From assembly GCA_963666835.2 (NCBI GenBank), contig CAXXGO010000006.1, positions 928,001-992,000 of the forward strand: a stretch of 64,000 nt of DNA. Direction: 5' to 3'. Position numbers and translations under genes: made by a program. The notes beneath the pieces were generated by a model that had not been told where the DNA came from, ran no database searches, and saw only the letters and a program-made list of their open reading frames with translations. Shown here piece after piece: positions 38,617 through 47,899 of the stretch. Every line of letters begins with the position of its first letter. The stretch's first letter is position 1. The stretch comes from Phycisphaerae bacterium (lineage in GTDB: Bacteria > Planctomycetota > Phycisphaerae > UBA1845).

Positions 38617-39303
38617 GTGCGGATTAACGAAATCTTCCACAGTATTCAGGGAGAAGGGGTGCTAGCGGGGGTGCCGAGCGTCTTCATTCGCACGGCCGGG
38701 TGCAACTTGCGGTGCTGTTGGTGCGATACGCCTTACGCTTCGTGGGAGCCTGTCGGGGGTTCCATGACCGTTGCGGAGATTCTCGACCGGATCGGCCGCT
38801 ACCCCGCGCGGCATGTGGTGCTCACCGGAGGCGAGCCGCTGATTGCCCCGGACGTCGAGGCGCTGACCCGGCAGATCACTCAAGCGGGCTATCACCTTAC
38901 GATCGAGACGGCCGCGACGGTCTGGAAGGACGTCGTGTGCGATCTGGCCAGCCTGAGCCCCAAGACGAGTAATTCCACCCCGCATGATCGCGAAGCCGGC
39001 CGGTGGGTGGAGAAGCACGAATCCGCCCGGCTTGACGCAACGATAGTACGGCGGTTTATGGAGCTTGGCGCGTACCAGCTCAAATTCGTGATAGCGATCC
39101 CGGACGACCTCGTCGAGGTTGATGCCCTGCTGGGGGAGCTTGGCGAGTACGAGCCGACCCGCGTTCTGCTGATGCCGCAAGGATCGACGAGAGACGAACT
39201 GGCGGACCGAGGGAGGTGGGTTGCCGAACTATGCAAAGATCGCGGCTTCCGCTTCTGCCCTCGCCTGCACATCGAGCTTTACGGGAATACCGCCGGCACC
39301 TGA
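38617..39303 (+). CDS. queE: 7-carboxy-7-deazaguanine synthase (radical SAM)
   Basis: EIFHSIQGEG, CNLRCCWCDT, TGGEP, SLSPK, LMPQ and PRLH. Confidence 0.9.
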   Translation: MRINEIFHSIQGEGVLAGVPSVFIRTAGCNLRCCWCDTPYASWEPVGGSMTVAEILDRIGRYPARHVVLTGGEPLIAPDVEALTRQITQAGYHLTIETAATVWKDVVCDLASLSPKTSNSTPHDREAGRWVEKHESARLDATIVRRFMELGAYQLKFVIAIPDDLVEVDALLGELGEYEPTRVLLMPQGSTRDELADRGRWVAELCKDRGFRFCPRLHIELYGNTAGT

Positions 39304-39345
39304 CCGTACGTGCCGGGATGATCTTCCGAAACAGGCCGGGTGGCC

Positions 39346-40203
39346 CACGTCCTTTTGTCTTTGCCGTGCGGTCCGGACCTTGGCGGGTTGTTCGATGGCA
39401 CTCCCGCTGGACGTGGGGGAGCCGATGATCAGCGATCGACACTCGCGGCAGGTCTCGTACCTCGACCATGCCCTACGAACTGGGACGATCACGTCCTTTT
39501 GTCTCTGCCGTGCGGTCCGGACCATGGCGGGTTGTTCGATGGCACTCCCGCCGGACGTGGGGGAGCCGATGAACAGCGGTCGACACTCGCGGCAGGTCTC
39601 GTACCTCGACCGTGCCCTACGAACTGGGACGATCACGTCCTTTTGTCTCTGCCGTGCGGTCCGGACCATGGCGGGTTGTTCGATGGCACTCCCGCCGGAC
39701 GTGGGGGAGCCGATGAACAGCGGTCGACACTCGCGGCAGGTCTCGTACCTCGACCGTGCCCCACGAACTGGGACGATCACGTCCTTTTGTCTTTGCCGTG
39801 CGGTCCGGACCTTGGCGGGTTGTTCGATGGCACTCCCGCTGGACGTGGGGGAGCCGATGATCAGCGATCGACACTCGCGGCAGGTCTCGTACCTCGACCA
39901 TGCCCTACGAACTGGGACGATCACGTCCTTCTGTCTCTGCCGTGCGGTCCGGACCATGGCGGGTCGTTCGATGGCACTCCCGCTGGACGTGGGGGAGCCG
40001 ATGAACAGCGGTCGACAATCGCGGCAGGTCTCGTACCTCGACCATGCCCTACGAACTGGGACGATCACGTCCTTTTGTCTCTGCCGTGCGGTCCGGACCA
40101 TGGCGGGTTGTTCGATGGCACTCCCGCCGGACATGGGGAGCCGAGGATCAGCGATCGACACTCGCGGCAGGTCTCGTGCCTCGACCATGCCCTACGGACT
40201 GGG
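39346..40203. repeat. Tandem array of six 144-bp units, each carrying one REP
   Basis: CACGTCCTT starts at 39346, 39490, 39634, 39778, 39922 and 40066, an exact 144-bp period. Confidence 0.95.
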
Positions 40204-40207
40204 GGGA

Positions 40208-41836
40208 TCATTCCGGGGTGATGATCACTGCGTGTCCGGTCAGTTTGACCGGCTTATCGAGCGTGGCGTAACCGTTGGCTACGGGAAGGGTGTGCGTCGT
40301 TCCGGCCTTCATGATGAGCAGGGTGTCGTCGGCCACGGAATCCAACGCCGCCTCGAGACTAGATATTGGCGAATCCGGTGAGCCGTCCCCGCGAGTGCCC
40401 CCCCCTACGAACTTGACACCCTCTTCGGGGGCGATGCGGATCGTGTTGCGCTGCTTGTTTGGATAGACTTCGTCCACGCTATACCATTCGGTGCTGCCGC
40501 CTCCCCAACCGATATTCATGAGGAACTGCCATGGACTCGTATTCTGGTTATAGCCGCAGACAGTCCAGGAATGGCCGATATCACCGTCACCCTTTCCGGT
40601 AATCTCAAACGGGCGAAGCCATTGAATTTCCTCGACCATCGTGTCGACGTCCCGATCGACCTTGCTCGCATCGCTGTCGTAGCGAAAATGGTCGACGATG
40701 CCGTCGCGGATCATACCCGCCAGTGACACAAACCGCCCGTAATGCATGCCCACCGCAATCCCGGCATGGTACGAGAGCTCGGCCACCTCGACGTCACCAC
40801 TATCAATCGTGTCGTCCGTATGGTCGTCCTCCAATATGCTCCAATTGTATGTTGTGGATCCGAAGTTGGCCGCACACGTGGTCGGATCGAGGAACAACCG
40901 ACCCCAGAGGGCCCCGAGAGCATCCCAATAGTCTTCGTTCTCGCAGTCTACCGCGCCGTTGCATTTTTGTTTGGCTTTGCCCAATACACTCGAGTCCCAA
41001 ATACCCGACATATACAGTAGTCCGCCGGCTGCCGACGTCCAATATAGCCGATCGTCCCAATACGAAGTCAAGAGCAGGTTTGGATCCGGCGTCAGGGGCT
41101 CGGAGTCCCAGCTTACGCGATAACGCCGATCGTACTCGACACTACCGCTGCCCGTTCCGGTGTTCGGCCACTGCCAGTAGTACATGATCTGGGCGGCCGT
41201 CGTGGCAACACAGCCGACCACACAGCGTTCATCGGTGCCGGGCTCGAGCACCGGGCATTGGTCGTTGTACGGTGAGCCCTGATGCCAATACGAGTTCAAG
41301 CGCACCGACATACTCGTCGGAGTGGCCCGGCTACCTTCTGCAGTGTTCGACTTGGGGACCCGCCGAGCAATCAGATCATCCCAATACGCCGCGCGCCGAG
41401 CCAGCTCGGGTTCATACTGGTCCAGTTCCCGACTTTTCTGCGCTTTCGCCTCCTGCACCGCGTGCAGACGGGTGGTGATCTGAGAGAGGATGTACTCATA
41501 GTTGGGGTTGGTCGGATCATAAGTGCCCTCGGGCCGATAGAGGTATACCGGCAGGGTCAGGTCATCCGCGCCGCACAGGCAATACCCGCCTCCAGTGAGA
41601 TGAGCGATGTAGGCGGTGGTTTGGCCGTCTACTACATGCGGCTCCAATCGGGCTACGGCGGCGTCAGGTCGCGCGTCGGCGGTCACGTGCCGAACCCAGG
41701 TTTCGACCGCTGAGGTCACATCGATGTCACTGATCGGCTCGGCCGACGCGACGGTTGGAACCAACAGCGCCCACACGAAATGGGCTCCACCAAACCAACG
41801 CCGGAGGTTTGACTTGCCATTCGTTTCGGGAGACAT
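40208..41836 (-). CDS. Peptidase C10 (streptopain/SpeB family) with propeptide
   Basis: WHQGSPYN, VGCVATTAAQIMYYW, GHSWTVCGY and MNIGWGG. Confidence 0.88.
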   Translation of the reverse strand: MSPETNGKSNLRRWFGGAHFVWALLVPTVASAEPISDIDVTSAVETWVRHVTADARPDAAVARLEPHVVDGQTTAYIAHLTGGGYCLCGADDLTLPVYLYRPEGTYDPTNPNYEYILSQITTRLHAVQEAKAQKSRELDQYEPELARRAAYWDDLIARRVPKSNTAEGSRATPTSMSVRLNSYWHQGSPYNDQCPVLEPGTDERCVVGCVATTAAQIMYYWQWPNTGTGSGSVEYDRRYRVSWDSEPLTPDPNLLLTSYWDDRLYWTSAAGGLLYMSGIWDSSVLGKAKQKCNGAVDCENEDYWDALGALWGRLFLDPTTCAANFGSTTYNWSILEDDHTDDTIDSGDVEVAELSYHAGIAVGMHYGRFVSLAGMIRDGIVDHFRYDSDASKVDRDVDTMVEEIQWLRPFEITGKGDGDIGHSWTVCGYNQNTSPWQFLMNIGWGGGSTEWYSVDEVYPNKQRNTIRIAPEEGVKFVGGGTRGDGSPDSPISSLEAALDSVADDTLLIMKAGTTHTLPVANGYATLDKPVKLTGHAVIITPE

Positions 41837-41855
41837 TCCTATACCTCTCAAGTCG

Positions 41856-42926
41856 CTACGGTACTAAGGTCACGATTCCGTTGCCCGCACGCAGGGTCAT
41901 GGGACGTTCAAGGGTGTCGGTTCCGATCGGATTATCACCCGGGTCCAGCATCCAGATGGTCCCACCTTCTGGCGCAAAGACCAGATAGGCCAAGGGCAAA
42001 CTGTAGTACGGATCCATGAAGGTCCCGGACCCCGCTCCGACCGGAGGATCCCCCACAAAATACCAGTCGCTTTCGGGATACAGAAACGACATGATTCGAG
42101 CATCCCAGAAGCTGAGGTAACTGCGGTTCCCAAGTGAGTTCTGCCACTGCGTGTCGTAGGGTGGAAGGACGGTAATCGTCCGGCAGTTGTCCAGGTCCGA
42201 GGAGCAGCTTACCGGCGAACATGCCACATCCGGATCCGCGCCGCAGCACGAGAACGCGCATTGGCCATAGTGCATAATGGACTCGAAGTCGTACGGACCG
42301 TAGTAGCCCGCCATCGAGTGGAGGTCGAAGTTGTGGTCTTTGCCGTCGATAATACGATCCCACTCGATCTGCACGTAGTCGTCGCGGTCCGGCCGGGACT
42401 GTTCGTGCCAGTATCCCAACGAGTGGCCGAGTTCGTGCGCAATAATGAAGCGTGCGGTCCAACTGACGATGTTGACGATTTGCACGCCACCCTGTCTGCC
42501 CACGAACGAGCTGTTGGTTGGTTCGTCATCACCGGTGGAATCACGCATCCTGATTCGAGCGAAACCGTGCTCTGCGAAAACCCACGGGACGAAATCCACG
42601 GCGGTCACGTCTTCCCATACCGCCATCGCGTCGATCGATCGCTGCTGGTTCACGGCACTCACGTTCGAGTCGAAGTCGTATGGAACTATGCCATCAGGCC
42701 AGAGAGCCGTCGTGTACGGGCTGCGATCACCCGGAGATCCGCAGTAGATAATGTCGCCCTCGATCAGGTCGCAGCCAATGGGCACGCCGCGTCCATCGAG
42801 CTGAAGTTCACCGGGCGGAGCTGCATCGGACGCGGGTTCGGCCTGAGCGGCAGTGGGCAACATCACTACCAGCAAGGGAACCATCAGGCTGAGTCCAATC
42901 ATAGGTTTCACACAGTTGATATTCAC
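41856..42926 (-). CDS. Astacin-family (M12A) zinc metallopeptidase
   Basis: IEGDI, WPDGIVPY, HELGHSLGYWHEQSRPDRD and YDFESIMHY. Confidence 0.92.
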   Translation of the reverse strand: MNINCVKPMIGLSLMVPLLVVMLPTAAQAEPASDAAPPGELQLDGRGVPIGCDLIEGDIIYCGSPGDRSPYTTALWPDGIVPYDFDSNVSAVNQQRSIDAMAVWEDVTAVDFVPWVFAEHGFARIRMRDSTGDDEPTNSSFVGRQGGVQIVNIVSWTARFIIAHELGHSLGYWHEQSRPDRDDYVQIEWDRIIDGKDHNFDLHSMAGYYGPYDFESIMHYGQCAFSCCGADPDVACSPVSCSSDLDNCRTITVLPPYDTQWQNSLGNRSYLSFWDARIMSFLYPESDWYFVGDPPVGAGSGTFMDPYYSLPLAYLVFAPEGGTIWMLDPGDNPIGTDTLERPMTLRAGNGIVTLVP

Positions 42927-42963
42927 AGTATTCGCTCCTCGTCAAACGTCATTGAAGGAAGGC

Positions 42964-43009
42964 GGTGTCAGAAAGACCTCTCTTTGCCCTGGAAGCTCTT
43001 CCTGACACC
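42964..43009. repeat. Intergenic inverted repeat GGTGTCAG...CTGACACC
   Basis: Visible inverted repeat between the fibre and astacin genes. Confidence 0.5.
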
Positions 43010-43039
43010 TTTTCCTCCCCGTCCTCTCCTCTTTTCTTG

Positions 43040-46000
43040 CTACTGCAGATTGACCAGCACCAGGACCAGGCCCCGTTCGCCTTGGGCGAGGCGGCTCATA
43101 GCCTTGCCGATAACAGCGCCCTGGGCCCGTGAGGAATCCTCGACTTTCATTGCGTGGCCGGGGGTGTCCGAAGTCGTGAGCAAATCACCCGGCTGGATCG
43201 CAGCGTTGGACGCATCACAATGCGTCCAGACACGTCCGGTCAAGGCGATCGGGTGTTCACCGTGGGCGATGCTGCCCTTCTGTCCCATGACCATTCCCGG
43301 GTTGATCCCGCCGGCGCCGCTTATCACGCCGGCTACCCTAGAGTCATACGCCGACGTGCTAATCACGAGCTTGCCGACGTTGTCCGGATCGATGCTGACG
43401 AGCATACCGGGCTCGGCGGCACCAGCGCTGCCACCCACGTCGAACGGCTCGGCCAAATCAGCGCCGCCTTCGAGTTGCAGAACCTTGACCGTAGTAATGC
43501 CCGTACTGTCATTGACCCGGAAGATGTCGTTGGAGGTAGTGCCGTGCTCCAACACCACGATATCGCCGTAGAACTTGGCGGCGTAACGCCCACCCTTGGC
43601 AACCAGACCGTCCCAACTCGATTCGGTATAGACGCCAATACCCTCACCGTTCGGGGCGAGTGCTTCAACCGCTCTGGCGGTCGCACCAGTCACTTTGGCG
43701 TACACACCACGGCCGTTGGCCCCGCTGGCTTCGAACCAGCCGCCGCGGCTTTCCCCGGAAGTTCCGTTACTCGTACAACTGCCTTTGACGCCATACCCGC
43801 CGTCTTGGGTGGACCTGAAGGAGCCGCCACCGCTGCCGTCGGACGAACCCCAAACCGCGATTGCGTCGCTCATAGCGTAGACCGCGTAGCCGTGATCGGA
43901 GATCGCGGTAACCGCGTTGCCCGACCCGATCACTTTAAATGACCCGGCGCTGGTCTCTTCGCTGGCGGCATTGGTGAGGACCGCACTAATTCCACCGGTT
44001 GATTGCCCAGTTCCCGTGTTCGTGATCTTGAACGCTACTTGGCCGTCGGCGTCTATCGTCTCATCGACCGGGAGGCTGAAATCACCGCCTGCGGCCTGCC
44101 ACGTTCCGACCCCGTTGGCATCCGAGGTAAGCACGTACCCGGCCGACGGGGAATCGGTCAGCTTCAAGCCAGTCATGGTGATTGTACCGTCCACGTCCAG
44201 TTCTGTCGTTGGGCTTGTGGGGCCGGAGCCCGATGGGCTTCCAATGAATACCGGCCCGCGAAAATAACCGGCCCAACCGCCGTCGTTGTTCTCACCCTGA
44301 ACGCCGCGCCCAGCGGGCGACTCAGAGATACCCTTGACTCCGAAGTTGGTTCCGGATCCGGTCGTCGCCTTCCCCTGGACGCCGACTCCCTGGGGACTGG
44401 AGGCCTCCCCGCGAATGCCGAAGCAGGAATTCGCCGTATCGTCGACATACCCGTAGACTCCGGTGACGCTTTGACCCGTGGCGGAACCGGTAATCGCCGG
44501 CCCGGCACCCGTGCCGGCCTCCCTCTTGACCTTGAGTGGAGCCCCATCAATCGGCTCCACGCCGATTCCCACGCAGCCACTGAAATATCCCCTGCCGTTA
44601 AAATAGCCGCCGAAGCCGTCGGGGGAGTTGGCTTGCCCGTAGATGGCGTAAGTCTCTCCGGTGGTCCCGGCCGCCCAACCGTACACTGCCCGCCCGGTGG
44701 TGCTCTCGGTGTATCCCTGCACGCCGACGGAGTTACCGGTAAGCGAGTCATTTCGCCCGAGCACACCCTTGGCATTCGGAGCGTTGGCGGAGAAGAACCC
44801 GCCCATGGCCGCTCCGCTGGTGGCCTCGGCCCGCCCGCGAACGGCATGTCCGTAGATGCTATCGCTTTCGAAATAACCGCCCGCACCATTGCCGGTGGTT
44901 GCGGTGGAATGGCCGTACACACCTCGGCCGTCGACGGCGCTGTTCTCACCGGCCAACGCCGCGCTGGATCCGGCCGTCGAGGTAGACTCGGCGTACACAA
45001 CCTGATCGGCATCGCCGATCACATGCAGCGGGTAGTCGGGTGTGGTTACACCGATTCCGAGGTCGTCCCGGATATAGGCACTGCCTTCAACGTCCAGCAT
45101 CTGAACGGGTTTTGCCAGACTGGTGGTTCCGATTCCGACGTAGCCGTCGTCGTAATAGATGTCGTCGTCGGGTCCGTCCTTCCAGAATCCGGACCCGCCG
45201 CCGGGGGGAGCCTGCCAGGTACCGAATCCGCTTCCGTCGCACGTCAGCACATAGCCACTGGAGGATTCGTCGCCGAGTCTGAGACCGTCCATCGCAACCG
45301 TGCCGCCAACGTCCAGCGGATACGTCGGGTTCTGGGTCCAGATGCCCACCTTGCCATCGTCGAAGTAGATGTCATCGTCCGGACCGTCCTTCCACAACTC
45401 AGAGCCGCCGGTTGGGGCTTGCCAAGTCGCCACGCCGGCGGAATCGGCGGTCAGCACATGGCCGGCCGTGGCCGTATCACCGACTCGCAGTCCGTCCACC
45501 TTGACGGTGGAGTCGACTTGCAGGGCGTACTGGGGACTAACCCCGGAGCCCATTGCGATTCCGACGTACCCGTCGCTGTAGTAGATGTGGTCGTTCTCAT
45601 CAACATCCCACACGCTTGATCCGCTCGGCGCTTGCCAGGTTCCGATTCCGCCGGCATCGGCCGTGAGCACATGACCTGCCGTCGGCGCGGTGGTCAGTTG
45701 CAGGCCGGTGGTCTTGATGATGCCGTATACTTCGAGGTTCTCGGTTGGAGTCATCACGCCAATGCCGACCTTACCTTCGCTGTACGTGATGTTGTCTTCC
45801 GTATCGATCCGCCAGAAGCAATCGCCGGCGGCGGTCGGCGCCTGCCACGTACCGAACCCGTCAGCGTCGGCGGTCAGAACGTGCCCGGCCGTTGCAGCAT
45901 CTCCGACCTTCAGACTGTCCACGGCGGCCGTCCCGACGACGTCAAGTGGATACAGGGGTGTCTGGTCGGCGCCCATACCGATTCCGACATAACCGTCGCC

Positions 46001-46987
46001 GTAGTAGATGTTGTCGTTGGGGTCGATGCTCCACGGGGTGGATCCCCCGCTCCCGGCCGGCTGCCAGGCTCCCACGCCCGACGCGTTGGAGGTCAGGACC
46101 CAACCTGCAACGGGAGCGGTGGTGAGTTTAAAGCCGGTGGTCTGGATCGTTCCGTTCACGTCGAGCATCTCGGCGGGATCGGTTACGCCGATGCCGACTT
46201 CATCGCGGAAGTACCCGCGTCCTCTGAAGTAGCCGCCGTAACCGTCGGCCGAGTTGGTATGTCCGTAGACGCCGTAGTTTGCGCCGCTGCTGTCCGAGGC
46301 GTATCCATACACGCCTATCGCGCCGGTCCCATTGGCGCTGAAGTGCCCGCCGTGGTTTGCGTTGGCTCCCACTCCGGTTGCGCTGCCCATGACCGCAAAA
46401 TTGGCGGACTCGGAAGCGTCGGCCTTGAGGGCTACACCTTCCAAGCCGGTGGCACTGGTCGAGAGCCCCACGCCCTCCTCGCCGGAGGCCGCTGCCACCA
46501 TAGCGGCAACTGATCCACTCGGCTGATTGACCCGGAATGCGTCACCGCTGTCGAGGGGGCAGGTACCTTCATACGGCAGAGTGAACCCCGACCCGCCCGG
46601 AGCGTCGAACGCATACAGGGCGTATGGTGCGGCGGTCACCGGTTGACGGGGATCCAAAGTGGCACTGCCGTCGCGCGTGCTGACGTAGATTTCAACCCAG
46701 CGGCGATCGCCGGTGAAGAGATCCGTCCCCGTGAAGCTAAGCTCCACGGTGAATAAACCGTTCTGGACATCAACGTCTGTCAATGCAACGGCACTCAGCC
46801 TAGTACCGCCGGTTTCGCGGTCATACAGGGTGAATGTGAGATCCGCCAGACCGTCATACGGTGCCCCGTCCAGCTTGAGCTGTCCCTGGTAAGTGATGGG
46901 TGGCGCAGCCGCGTCGGTCGGTAGCGCAAAACTCACCGCAAGCAGCCCCGCGGTCAGAACGACAGTAGTTATCCTATACCTGTTCAT
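43040..46987 (-). CDS. Large secreted fibre-like repeat protein with a C-terminal intramolecular-chaperone-like domain
   Basis: Signal peptide; ITYQGQL...PRQPVTAAPYA head; six VLT.D/N..G...WQ repeats; GVxG repeats; ADLAEPF...GDLLTTSDTPGHAM...GKAM. Confidence 0.75.
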   Translation of the reverse strand: MNRYRITTVVLTAGLLAVSFALPTDAAAPPITYQGQLKLDGAPYDGLADLTFTLYDRETGGTRLSAVALTDVDVQNGLFTVELSFTGTDLFTGDRRWVEIYVSTRDGSATLDPRQPVTAAPYALYAFDAPGGSGFTLPYEGTCPLDSGDAFRVNQPSGSVAAMVAAASGEEGVGLSTSATGLEGVALKADASESANFAVMGSATGVGANANHGGHFSANGTGAIGVYGYASDSSGANYGVYGHTNSADGYGGYFRGRGYFRDEVGIGVTDPAEMLDVNGTIQTTGFKLTTAPVAGWVLTSNASGVGAWQPAGSGGSTPWSIDPNDNIYYGDGYVGIGMGADQTPLYPLDVVGTAAVDSLKVGDAATAGHVLTADADGFGTWQAPTAAGDCFWRIDTEDNITYSEGKVGIGVMTPTENLEVYGIIKTTGLQLTTAPTAGHVLTADAGGIGTWQAPSGSSVWDVDENDHIYYSDGYVGIAMGSGVSPQYALQVDSTVKVDGLRVGDTATAGHVLTADSAGVATWQAPTGGSELWKDGPDDDIYFDDGKVGIWTQNPTYPLDVGGTVAMDGLRLGDESSSGYVLTCDGSGFGTWQAPPGGGSGFWKDGPDDDIYYDDGYVGIGTTSLAKPVQMLDVEGSAYIRDDLGIGVTTPDYPLHVIGDADQVVYAESTSTAGSSAALAGENSAVDGRGVYGHSTATTGNGAGGYFESDSIYGHAVRGRAEATSGAAMGGFFSANAPNAKGVLGRNDSLTGNSVGVQGYTESTTGRAVYGWAAGTTGETYAIYGQANSPDGFGGYFNGRGYFSGCVGIGVEPIDGAPLKVKREAGTGAGPAITGSATGQSVTGVYGYVDDTANSCFGIRGEASSPQGVGVQGKATTGSGTNFGVKGISESPAGRGVQGENNDGGWAGYFRGPVFIGSPSGSGPTSPTTELDVDGTITMTGLKLTDSPSAGYVLTSDANGVGTWQAAGGDFSLPVDETIDADGQVAFKITNTGTGQSTGGISAVLTNAASEETSAGSFKVIGSGNAVTAISDHGYAVYAMSDAIAVWGSSDGSGGGSFRSTQDGGYGVKGSCTSNGTSGESRGGWFEASGANGRGVYAKVTGATARAVEALAPNGEGIGVYTESSWDGLVAKGGRYAAKFYGDIVVLEHGTTSNDIFRVNDSTGITTVKVLQLEGGADLAEPFDVGGSAGAAEPGMLVSIDPDNVGKLVISTSAYDSRVAGVISGAGGINPGMVMGQKGSIAHGEHPIALTGRVWTHCDASNAAIQPGDLLTTSDTPGHAMKVEDSSRAQGAVIGKAMSRLAQGERGLVLVLVNLQ

Positions 46988-47085
46988 CTTCCGTTTCCTT
47001 TTCGAAACATGATCCTGTGCCGGATCGTCCGAATATATGTTCACAACCGATCGACGGTCCGACCGCTCCCGGCCGGCTTCGCGTG

Positions 47086-47505
47086 TTACGGTTTTTGCAA
47101 TAGCACCTGGAATTCCGCATAGTCCGCCACGTCCACGTCACGGTCACCGTCCTGATCGAAGCAACTGCACCATTGCTCGGGAGGCGTCAGCCGTGGTCCC
47201 GCGAGACAGAACTCGAAGTCGGCGTAGTCGTACAAGTTGACCCCGCCATCGCTGTTACAGTCGTCCGGGACCAAGCCGAACCAGAAGCCCCCGGTTAGCT
47301 CGAAGCCTCTTCCGATTAAGGGCGTGGTTGCGTCCGGTTGGCCGATCGATCCGCTCAGCTCGAAACCGGCGGCGGTACTTCGCATCGCGCCGCCGCCATC
47401 GACGGTGAACCAATCGAGAGCGAACTGGGGGACCGCCGCTCCGGCTGTCGCCGCAATTGCAGCCAGAAGCGCCCCTCCGAATACTAGGGTCCGATATTTC
47501 TTCAT
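47086..47505 (-). CDS. Small secreted protein (WFTVDGGG...GGFW) with a dockerin-like pair
   Basis: Signal peptide; DCNSDGGVNLYDY and DQDGDRDVDVADY. Confidence 0.75.
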   Translation of the reverse strand: MKKYRTLVFGGALLAAIAATAGAAVPQFALDWFTVDGGGAMRSTAAGFELSGSIGQPDATTPLIGRGFELTGGFWFGLVPDDCNSDGGVNLYDYADFEFCLAGPRLTPPEQWCSCFDQDGDRDVDVADYAEFQVLLQKP

Positions 47506-47899
47506 GATAGAACTCTCCGTGCCGTGCATCCGGCTATGCCGACCGTAGTCGGCCCGCTTGGGAAGAGGTGACCCCGGTCGCTTACCGGGGCGTGTGCCTC
47601 TCCCGCTATTACCAACTACCGGATTACGCGAGGATACCCGCAAAGATCCACTTTTTACAGGGGACAGCCGAGGATTACTCGAGGTGATTCGTACTGCGGG
47701 GCGGGCGGAGTGGCCAATAACTACGAACGGCGTTGCCGCTGTTATGCGCGCTGCTTGCCGGCGGGATCATCACGCCCGGCGTCGGTTGCGATCTGTCTCG
47801 AATGCGGAGCCCGTGCTCTTCGTAAACAAACGGGGCGGACACCGGAGAAACTCGGAGAACCCGGCATCCGCCCCCAAACCAAGACGCTTTGGGCGGCCG

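Noticed and set aside
38617..39303. queE as part of a Dpd DNA-modification island
   Set aside because: No dpdA, queC, queD or folE is adjacent, and the MTase is about 9.5 kb away with unrelated genes between.
39346..40203. CRISPR array
   Set aside because: Whole 144-bp units are near-identical with no unique spacers, and no cas genes are present.
39221..40381. Long ORFs across the tandem array (386, 319 and 293 aa)
   Set aside because: They are open in several frames only because the unit length is a multiple of 3. They translate REP DNA and overlap real genes.
43040..46987. Prophage tail fibre / prophage
   Set aside because: The protein has a signal peptide, and no phage structural, integrase or lysis genes are nearby.
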